From the NCBI RefSeq assembly GCF_006345805.1, contig NW_021831854.1, forward strand, positions 1-64,000: a stretch of 64,000 bases of DNA, given 5' to 3'. Origin of the DNA: Octopus sinensis (lineage: Eukaryota). The position numbers and the translations under genes were made by a program. The notes under the pieces were generated by a model that saw only the letters and a list, made by a program, of their open reading frames with translations, made no database searches and was not told where the DNA came from. Shown piece after piece: positions 53,972 through 64,000 of the stretch (the first letter of the stretch is position 1; each line of letters begins with the position of its first letter).

Positions 53972-54174
53972 GTATATGTATATTAGGGAGTATATTAGGG
54001 AGTATATCCAAACTTATAGTCGAGCAAATCGACCTCAGAGCTTATTCTTGGTAAAACAACGATCTATATGTATATATAGTACTTATTCTATCGTTCTCTT
54101 TTGCCGAACCGCTAAGATGGTGGGGGACAAACAGACGCACAAACAGGAATCACACACACACACACACACACATT

Positions 54175-54211
<37 letters not shown>

Positions 54212-54383
54212 TGTACTCTGTGTCAACCAATATTCTGTGCATGTTTGAATATACAGATACAATACCAATACCAATATCAATTCCTTCTGGAAACTATCTT
54301 CAGCATGTCCTTGAGAATGATTATTTGTCTAGTAATCTTTTGTGCCCAATATTTTAAGGAACTTGTTGAACTTTTTTATGTCC

Positions 54384-54872
54384 TTAACATGTCCCTGTTA
54401 CCAAAGACTGTATACATGTAATGTAGCAATTTGTAACAACCAATAATTAACGCAACCAAACTTCTACATGTTACTTTTGACAATCTTTTTCCAAAGAGTG
54501 AAACCGGTAAAGTAAATAAACATCTTTTAAAATTGCATTTTCAAAATTTCTTTCGTATATAATTCCCCTCGTGCGGTACCCTACAACTCCACTTTGTTAT
54601 ATATATATATATGAACTTTGTAATATTTTCTCAAAATTTTTCCTTGTAAACTGTTTTAACATTTTTCGTATATATATATATATATATATATATATACGAA
54701 AGAAGGTTTGAAAATGCAATCTTAAAAGATATTTATTCACTTGACCAGTTTCACTTTTTTAGAAAAAGATTGTCAAAAGTAACATGTAAAAGCTTTGTTG
54801 TGTAAGGTACAGGTTGTCACAAAATATTACAATACATATATACAGTCTTTGATAATAATAAGAACATGTTAA
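54384..54872. repeat. Diverged inverted repeat IR3: arms about 175 bp, spacer about 130 nt
   Basis: gttacttttgacaatcttttt...gaaaccggtaaag versus ...ccagtttcac...aaaagattgtcaaaagtaac. Confidence 0.75.
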
Positions 54873-54875
54873 AAA

Positions 54876-54921
<46 letters not shown>

Positions 54922-55006
54922 AATAAAATATTAGGGAATAAATCCAAACTTACAGGGAAAATCAGATTTAGGATTGAATCCAATTTTATAGTAAAATATT
55001 ATATTT

Positions 55007-55468
55007 TATTAAATTAGAGATAAAACCACTATTAGGCAATTCAAACAATGAAAAACTTAAGCCAATACATCAATATAATTAATTTATATTATTTTAAATA
55101 TATATCAAAATTATTAATAGTTTAATAAAAGATAATGAGTAAAACACCACGATCACTTCATGGCTGTCCAATTCGTAATAATTCGAGTTATGGTTACAGT
55201 CAATCTTCAGGTGATTGAAATATTTATCTTAGCGAGGTTTAGCAAGATAAATATTTCAATCACCTGAAGATTGACTGTAACCACAACTCGAATTATTACG
55301 AATTGGACAGCCATGAAACGATCGTAGTGTTTTACTCATTATCTTTTATTAACTTTTAATAATTTTGATATATATATATAAAATAATATAAATTAATTAA
55401 TTTTATGTATTGGCTTAAGTTTTTCATTGTTTGATTTGCCTAATAGTGGTTTTATTTCTAATTTAATA
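55007..55468. repeat. Inverted repeat IR4: arms about 224 bp, 13-nt loop (55231-55243)
   Basis: Near-perfect inner arms ...gaaatatttatctt|agcgaggtttagc|aagataaatatttc... Confidence 0.93.
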
Positions 55469-55590
55469 TATATATATATATATATTATATATTATATATT
55501 ATATATATATATTCAAAATGTGACCGCATATGTACCGTTGGCAATTTTTTTCCCTCTGTCTTCCCTTCTCTGGACCTTTCCTTCTCCTAT

Positions 55591-55625
55591 GTTTCTGACG
55601 AAGAGCTCCGCTCGAAACGTTAAAT
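55591..55625 (+). ncRNA. Minimal type I hammerhead ribozyme motif
   Basis: gttt-CTGACGA-a-gagc(tcc)gctc-GAA-acgt-T-aaat: intact core, 4-bp stem II, palindromic stem III, 4-bp stem I. Confidence 0.65.
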
Positions 55626-55726
55626 CCTCCTTCTTCCCTTCCTTCCTGAGCGTCCAATAATACTATATTTGTTCCACGTCCTCGCGTTGTTGTGTTTTCT
55701 CTTTGTGTTTTCATGTTTGGATTAAC

Positions 55727-55760
<34 letters not shown>

Positions 55761-55771
55761 ATATATATATA

Positions 55772-56895
55772 CGAGGGGCGTTCAATAAGTAATTCCCCTG
55801 ACCCACTTCCCATAGCAGTAGAGCAACGAAACTTGGCACAATTATTAGTCTTTTTCTACATAGGAACCACCCAGAGTTACGCATTTCTCCCATCGTTTGA
55901 TGCGGCTCTGGAGACCGTTTTTGTAGAAGAACCCATCTTGGTCCTCCAACCTCAACGTGACTTCAGAAATCAAGGCTGCATCATCTGGGAAACGCTTTCC
56001 TTTCAAAAACAACTTCATGATTGGGAAGAGGTGAAAATCAGAGGGTGCAAGGTCAGGAAAGTAGGGGGGATGGGGAGGAGTTCATAGCCATACGCCTGTG
56101 CTTCTGATCTGGCGAGAAGCGTGTTGTGGACCGGAGCGTTGTCCTGCAGGAGGAGGATGCCTTTGCTGATCTTGCCCCGCCTCTTGATTTTGATAACTTC
56201 TCTTAATTTCCTCAAAAGTGAAGCATTATAGGCTCCGGCAATTGTGGTACCCTTTGCCAGGAAATCTGTCATCACTACTCCGTTCTGGTCCCAGAAGACT
56301 GTGAGCATGACCTTGCCAGCGGAGGGCTGCACCCTTGCCTTCTTTGGAGGGGGTGAGTCACGGTGCTTCCACTGCATTGACTGCGCTTTGGTCTCTGGAT
56401 CATCGTGATGGACCCAGGTTTCATCCTGTCTAATCAGTCTTTTGAAAAATTTTGACTCATCTTCTTGGCACATCTCCAAATTCACCCTCGAGCACTCGAC
56501 GCGTTCTTGCTTCTGGAAAGGCGTGAGCAACCTGGGAATCCATCTGGCAGACACCTTTTGCATATGCAAATGGTCATGAATGATAGTTTCCACAGACCCG
56601 GTACTAATCTTGACCTCATGGGCTATTTGGCGAATAATTATGCGTCGATCTTCCAAAATGGCAGCCTCAACTTGACGGACAGATGCCTCATCAATGGCAG
56701 AAGGGGGCGGCCAGATCTGGGAGCTGTTTCCACAGAGTTCCGACCATGTTTGAATTCACGATGCCAGCGTTTTACAAGGTCATATGATGGGGCATCATCG
56801 CCATAAGTTACTTTCATTTCATCAAAAGTCTCCCGTGGTGTGCGTCCTTTCAAATACAAAAACCAGATCACTGCTCGACACTCAACAGGCTCCAT
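55772..56895 (-). mobile_element. Mariner (DD34D) transposon, irritans-like; defective transposase about 55845-56895; one TIR only
   Basis: MEPVECRAVI, GRP, WIPRLL, QDETW, LLQDNAPVH, (Y)PDLAPSDF. TIR TA|cgaggggcgttcaataagt at 55772; two frameshifts; sequence upstream of the ATG is lost. Confidence 0.93.
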
Positions 56896-57228
56896 TTCAC
56901 ACATATATGAATATGCGGGTGTATGTATATATATATATATGTATATGTATAAGTGAGAGTCTCCTTATTTACCTAAAACTCTATTTTTCTATTTTTTCTT
57001 TCATTCTTTTATTTATTCTTTTATCTACTTTACCACCGATTCCTTTGACCACTTCCCTAAGGAATGATAGTTTTGCGCCATGCCTACCCCCAAAAAGTCC
57101 CCCACTTCACCCCTTTAAACCTGCCTAAATGTATAAATGCCAAAACAACTCTTGTCAACTAGCTTCCTGATGATTTCTTTTGAATTAAACAGTTCTAGTC
57201 CTGTAGAAGCTCGTTCTATATAATAAAA

Positions 57229-57270
<42 letters not shown>

Positions 57271-57664
57271 TGTGTGTGTGTGTGTGTGTGCATTTAGGTG
57301 CAATGTTGCATGAATAATGGCTACATAAAAAACTACTATTAATATTTTTTTTAGGAAGGGTGTGAAGTTAGTCCATTGTCAAGAGTTAAATAAGCTCCGA
57401 ATATGATGAACAAACAAATATATTTATGCTGACATCATCTAACCGAACGTTGCATTCATTGTTGGTAACAATAGCTGTGGGCAGGGTGAGTTTTATTGAA
57501 ATTCGCTATTATAATCTGCTGTGTTTGGTTTTGGTGTTTTGCACTTGAAGTCCTTCACTGTGGTTTGGTTAGCGATTAAACTACACCTTGTTGAACAAAC
57601 ATACATGCATTCACACACCAGAATAAATACATAAATTAATTAATAAATAAATGAATTAATTATT

Positions 57665-57698
<34 letters not shown>

Positions 57699-58139
57699 AT
57701 ATATATAATATATATATTATATATAGATATATATATATATATATATAAGAATGGTTGTATACTGTCAATCTAACAAGAACGTGACAGTAGGGGGTACACC
57801 ACCGCTATATAGCCCTAGGAAGCATCGAACGCCTCCTGATGGCTTTGACACATTTTCCCCTGTGTCCTTATATTCATTTACGAAGGGGAGACAAACACCC
57901 CCGGCTGCCGGAACTGCATCTAGGGACACGTGTTTCAGGATCGTTGTCCTTCATCGGCCTAGAGTAGCAGACACCGGTCAGCTGGTGATATTTGCCTCGA
58001 CTTCGTAATTGTATATATCTATATTCAGTGAAGTCTATTCACTGATTATCAAAATAAGAAATAAGAATAAGAATAAGAAATTAGAATATATATTATATAT
58101 ATATATTATATATATAATATATAATATATATATATTTAT

Positions 58140-58336
58140 GCATACGTATATTAGGGAGTATATTAGGGAGTATATCCAAACTTATAGTCGAGCAAATCGA
58201 CCTCAGAGATTATTCTTGTAAAACAACGATCTATATGTATATATAGTACTTATTCTCGTTCTCTTTTCGCGCTAAGATGGTGGGGGACAAACAGACGCCC
58301 AAACACACACACACACATTTAAATATATATATATAG

Positions 58337-58394
<58 letters not shown>

Positions 58395-58445
58395 ATCACT
58401 GTTTGAGTTGCCTAATAGTGGTTTTATCTCTAATTTAATTAGAAA
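58140..58445. repeat. Local duplicate of 53980-54200 joined to an IR4 arm end
   Basis: Shared chimeric string tattagggagtatattagggagtatatccaaacttatagtcgagcaaatcgacctcagag, then gttgcctaatagtggttttatctctaatttaat as in IR4. Confidence 0.8.
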
Positions 58446-58464
58446 ATTATATAAATATATATAT

Positions 58465-58767
58465 CACGTGATCACGTGACCGAGAAGACCATCAGATGTT
58501 GCTACACATCGCTGGTCACGATGCGTTCGCATTGTTTTAGCTTTCGAATGACCCCACCCCACTGGCTAAGCGAGAAGGCCAACAGAAGAAAGAGTGAGAG
58601 AAAGAGTGGTGAAGGAGTACAGCAGGGATCACCACCCCCTGCCAGAGCCTCGTGGAGCTTTACGTGTTTTCGCTCAATAAACACGCACAACGCCCGGTCT
58701 GGGAATCGAAACCGCGATCCTATGACCGCGAGTCCGCTGCCCTAACCACTGGGCCATTGCCCCTCCA
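58465..58767 (-). mobile_element. tRNA-derived SINE, head A, tail type 1
   Basis: Reverse complement of 8594-8892. Confidence 0.88.
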
Positions 58768-58775
58768 CACAGACA

Positions 58776-58918
<143 letters not shown>

Positions 58919-58984
58919 TATATATATATGCATATTATATATATGCATATATATATATATATAACGGACTGAATTAAACATCCA

Positions 58985-60660
58985 ATTCACGATGGAATAT
59001 AGCCAGCAACAACTCCCCTTCCTCGATATCCTCATTAAGAAAGCTAATAATGTAATAGAAACAGACATATATTATAAGCCTACAGATTCTAAGCAATATC
59101 TTCCATTCAATTCATGCCACCCCAGACACACCAGGATGAATATCCCCTTCAATCTAGCAAAAAGGATATGCACTATAGTTTCTAATGCAAACACCAGAGA
59201 CACACGACTACAAGAACTAAAAGATACCCTTATCACCAGGAACTACCCACCTTCACTTATTGACATGTGCATTCAACTTAACATCAAGGAACTGAGACAT
59301 CCCAAATCAAAGAAAAACTTACGACCAAAAGCCTTACCATACATCTCCACACACAACCCTCTCAACAATGAAGCCTTCGGCACTATCCTCCACAATACCC
59401 CTCCTAAAAAAAGACCACAGAATGAACACAATCCTCCAAAACACACACGATCAAAAAAACAAGAGACAGCCTAAATCTATGAAAGGTCTCCTAACACAAG
59501 CCCGAATACACTCCTCAACACAGAAGCCGACAGTAAAAAATGTGGAAGACCCAATTGCGGGATATGCGACTATCTAATTGAGGGATCAGAGTTCTCCTTC
59601 AAACAGGGACAACGGTTTACAGTGAAAAGCAACTTCACATGTGCTTCGGAGAACCTTATAACACACTAACCTGCTCTGGGTGTCAAGAGCAGTACATAGG
59701 CCAACAAAAATAGTTTGCGTAAAAGAATGGCCCTGCACAGATCCCAGATAAAAATTCCCAAAACAGAAAAATAGCTTTCAGCCAACACATAGATACTTGC
59801 GCCAACAACAAAACACCAGGCTTCAGGATTTCCTCCTCTACCCAATTTAGGGACGATACAACTCGAGACAAAACGAATAAGTAAAGAAACTCTCTTTATT
59901 AAAATACAGGCCACTTCTTAACGGGTCTACGACAAACGATTAATACACCTTAGCTTTAGAATAACAGAAATACACACGTAAATATTACATTCCAAAGAAT
60001 CCATTACAAATCAGCCCCAATCACAGCTATAATCCATAACATGCCAACTTCAAGTCATACAACACCTCACTACTTCCACTCATTCATATTCTCCCTTCTC
60101 TTTTTTCTTCTTCCTCTTCTTCTTCATCATCATCATTATCATCATCATCGTCGTCATCATCATCACCATCATCATCATCTTCTTCTTCACCTTCTCCTTC
60201 TTCTTCTTCTTCATCATCATCAACATCGTCATCTTCTTCTTCTTCTTCTTCTTCTTCTTCTTCTTCTGCTCCACCCTCTACCTCTTAACTTTATCACTAA
60301 TGCCTTTTAGTATAACACCTACGCAAATTCCATACACAAACCTTTCAATAGAAATATTCTCCTGAATTGAACTGCAACTGCTAGCCGTCACTGACCATTA
60401 AAAATACGACAAACAGGCACTCCCAAATTTTTCCACCCCCTCTCCTCATCAACCTTTTTCTTCTCCCTACCAAGAATTCACAACGACCCTTGAAACACAA
60501 AGTGCAAACAAGGGAGACAGAGAAAGGCAGAATGCCACCTATATTTGAACACTATACAAATATTCCTTTAAAAAAACTTTTCTTTTAATTTTTCTAAATT
60601 TAATTATTTAATCGTTACAGTTGAAAAGGTCTCAAAATGAACGAAACGGTACTGAAATGT
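58985..60660 (+). mobile_element. 5'-truncated Penelope-like element (RT thumb + GIY-YIG), degenerate, with a decayed hammerhead at the 3' end
   Basis: LPFLDILI...IYYKPTDSKQYLPFNSCHPRH; KCGRPNCGICDY; YTLTCSGCQEQYIGQ. Contains a (TCT/TCA)n tract at 60080-60270. Hammerhead-like cag-ttgaaaa...gaaacggta-ctg at 60618-60654. Confidence 0.85.
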
Positions 60661-60749
60661 TCTTTATAAAATATTTTAGCATTTTCTATCTTGACTTGTT
60701 TTTTCATATATATCAACTCGGTGTTCCTTTTCACCCTTATACATATATA

Positions 60750-63700
60750 TTTTTTTTTCTAGTTTCAGCAGAGATGCGGCCATGCTGATGCACCGTGTTT
60801 GTGTACACACTGTTATTACGACGAACCTCGTCTAATATGTGGCACTTGGTGAAGAATGGAGTTTGATACAGCTACTCTCATTTGCACCTCTTGCCGTGAG
60901 GTAGGTTCATCTGGGACTCTTGACAGAATGATGTCCAGCTTTAAAAACCGCTACATCTACTTTGTGCAAGTTCCTCAGACTCTTTGGGAGAATATTAAAA
61001 AGCTGTGGGCCCTTGAAACCCAGGCTGTTGCAGAAGCTGGCCCTGAAGCGTGATGGCATTGCTTGGATCTTTGGCACTATGCAGTGTCATCCCGTTCTAG
61101 CATTGGTGTAGCTTACAATGCCAAAATTTGGAACAATTCCTTCCAGGATCTTCCAGACATATATTACTGCATACCTCTCCCGTCTTCTCTCCAGGGAGTA
61201 GAGTCTTAGCTGCTTCAACCTTTCCCAGTAGCTGAGCTGTTGCAAAGAGGCGATCTTCTTTGTGAATCTTCTCTGGATTACTTCAAGGTCCGCTGTTAAT
61301 TTTACACTGGTGGGTGACCATAGCTGTGAGCAGTAATCCAGGCGACTGAGGACGAATGTCCGCCAGAGGACCATCATGGTTTCCTTATCTCTGGTTCTGA
61401 ATGTTCTTAGGATCCACCCAGCCAGTCGTCTGCACTTTGTCGCCATCCTGGTAATGTGCACTTGGAAAGAGGTATCATCACTCATGTCGATACCCAGGTC
61501 CCTCACAGACTTAGGCTCTGGGATTGAAATTCCCTGTGGACCGGTGTATCCTGTAAGTTTAATATTTGTTTTGATGCTGGTAGCGCAGGGCCTGAATTTT
61601 TCAGCATTAAACTGCATATTATTATCCTCAGCCCATCTGTAGATTGAGTTCAACTCCGCTGCAGGTGTGTAAACATCGCTGGGGTTCTGTATTTTCTGTG
61701 AGACTTTCGTATCGTCTGCATAGCTGGCCAGAGTGGCAATCCGGGCATTTGAGGGCATATCTGAGAGGGCCACTATAAAAAGCAGTGGTCCCAAGACAGT
61801 GCCCTGTGGAACACCGCTCACTATTTGTGTGTTCATAGAGGTGGCTCCATTAACCACTACTGCCTGACTCCTATCATTCAGGAAGTCATGCAACCACACT
61901 CCAAGTTTTCCAGCTATGCCGAGGTCACGTAGTTTGTGGCATATCATACCATGATCCACCTTGTGAAAAGCTTTTGCAAAATCAAGGTAGATTTTGTCCA
62001 CATTTGATTTATTGAGTAACTGCCCCAACACCCAGTCATAATGCTGTAAGAGCTGGGTCAGGCAGCTCCTACCTGGTCGAAAACCATGCTGGGTATTACT
62101 CAGCAAGTTATTTTCCTCAAGGAATGCGATTAGTTTCTTTCTGACTATCCGTTTCATGACTTTGCTGATGTGTGAAGTCAGAGAGATAGGCCTATAGTTT
62201 TTGGCATCTGCTCTACTTCCCCCTTTATGTATTGGGCATATTATTCCCTCCTTCAGCTTGCTTGGCAGTTTGCCATTCGCAAGAGAGCTCTGGAAGAGAA
62301 TCTTGAGGTGTTTTGCCAGGGCATGCTACACGCTTGAGGAGGAGGATGGGAGGAAACCGTCTGGACCAGCAGCTGAGTTTGTGTCCACTTCATCTATGGC
62401 TAGTAGGACATCCTTTTCGCTAATGTCAATACATTCTATTGTAACCGCCTCGCTGGTTATAGGTGAGGTGGCAAAGAAGTCCACTGGTTCGTTCACTTGT
62501 CTGTGTTCCAACGGGGTGGTAAAGACTCTTTTGAACTGGTCATTCAGCATCTCACTGATCATAGTTAGACTATATGTGAGGGAGCCATCCTTTTGGAGGA
62601 GGGGTCCTATCTTGTAGTGCACTGAGACTGTTTCTTTCGCGAAATGAAAGAAGGCCTTTGGGTTTGATTTAATGTTTTTTTATAACCCAGGCTTCTTTGT
62701 CTGCTTTCTCCTTCACATAGGATTGTTGCAGACTTTTTTCGATCTCCATCAGTGTTGTTTTTAGGCGGGACGTTTCGACACTTTTGGGATGTTGGTTGAG
62801 ACGATTTGCAACCTTTGTCCATCGTCTCATGAGGAGCTTCCTGTCTCTTGGAATCTTGCTCCTATTTGTTTTGGTCTTGTGCTCTGGGACATATTTCTGG
62901 CATACGGCTTGCACAGAAGACATGAAACATTCTAGTTTCATGTCAATGTCTGGTGTGGAGAGACATTCGGCCAGTCCTCTCTGAGGATTCTTTTTGGATC
63001 GATTCCAATCTGCTTTGTGGAAGTTAAGATTGGAGAGATTTCGGGTGCTTCCTTAGGCTGTATGTCTCTGGTTACTTCGGCCCAAACATAGACAGCTCTA
63101 TTATGTTTTGATCCGAAACTGATGTCGGTGTCACTTTCACATCATGAATGATATCCATATTGTTCGTGAGCAGAGATCCAGAATGTTATTCGCCCTAGTT
63201 GGCTTGAGTACAACTTGCTCCATGAATAAGGCAGTGGTGAGGTTGAGCAGGGACTCCACCTGTACTTGCTTGCAATGATCATTCCTGAGAGTATGTGACC
63301 TCGGGCCATTTGACGTGGGGAAGTGAAATCACCCATAAGAAATATGGTCACGTGGTGGTTCCAGATTCATGAGGATGTCTTTAATTCTTGTAAGGCCTCT
63401 TCAACTTGCCTATGTGACTTGGGGCATCCGGTGGGCAATATGTATTGCATATGACTATATTATGTTGTCTTATGTATACAATTATGTGTCACATACCGAA
63501 TTTCAGTATGTCATCAAGACCTGAGGTGGTGAGGTCATCTCGGATGTATACAGCAACTCACCATGGCTCCTTTCCCTTCTGTCTGTTCGCAGTATGGCAT
63601 AGTTTGGTATGTGTACTCTGCGTCTCTATATCAGGGTTGAGGTGAGTTTCCACAAGTGCTATGCATAGGCTTGATTGCATGCGTAAGATCTCTCAGGAAA

Positions 63701-64000
63701 GAAATTTTGTTTCTATTTTGATGCAACAACCCCCATTATATTTAGTACAAGTATTGGGGGGTGACGGCTGTGCGGGCGTTAGGGGAGGCCATCCCATGTC
63801 TGTTGACTGAGGTGGTCTTGCATAGTGGGGGCAGGTTTCTTCGCTGTGCTTGTGTAGCCAGGTTAGCTGCCGGGCAATTCTTTGCGCCATGCATAAAAAG
63901 ACTCTTGCTCAGCTGCTGCGTTGCGCAGAACATCTGAGGAGCGCACTTCGTTTTTGAAAGTTTTCCTGGGAGACATTTCTTGTGTTCCCCTCGGTAAAGT
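60750..64000 (-). mobile_element. CR1-clade LINE (family 1): ORF2 with APE + RT, frameshifted; 5' part beyond the window
   Basis: QHGFRPGRSCLTQLL, YLDFAKAFHKVDH, GVPQGTVLGPLLF, YADDTK; endonuclease-like segments at about 63100-63760; 3' stem-loop tail. Confidence 0.93.

Noticed and set aside
57765-58005. Moderately GC-rich segment with an 85-aa ORF
   Set aside because: No motif, splice signals or termini recognised; probably an unidentified repeat fragment.

Overview
Eukaryotic, AT-rich, microsatellite-saturated genomic DNA. The SINE/LINE repertoire points to a coleoid cephalopod, most likely Octopus (inference from repeat families recognised by eye, not a database hit). From left to right: (1) about 77 copies of a 96-bp satellite (1-7387) ending about 320 bp upstream of (2) the only host gene, a six-exon + strand gene (7710-23862, about 648 aa). 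It encodes a secreted protein: signal peptide, lysozyme-like N-terminal domain, vWA domain with intact MIDAS, a beta-rich linker domain, and three 4-Cys chitin-binding-type-2 (CBM14/peritrophin-A)-like repeats. There is one 1-nt frameshift in the vWA exon. (3) A three-copy macrosatellite of about 2.99 kb, built from (TAA)n and Dong/R4 retrotransposon 3' ends, next to a near-full-length degenerate Dong/R4 element. (4) A 5'-truncated Tx1/L1 element inside a (GATA)n array. (5) A 1.4-kb purine-pyrimidine repeat, a SINE cluster, four long palindromes, a mariner, a Penelope fragment and a CR1 LINE running off the right end. Two minimal hammerhead-ribozyme motifs with intact cores and several decayed ones are present. 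No rRNA, true tRNA or CRISPR was found. Coordinates of repeat boundaries were read by eye and are approximate; exon boundaries were checked for GT-AG and phase.
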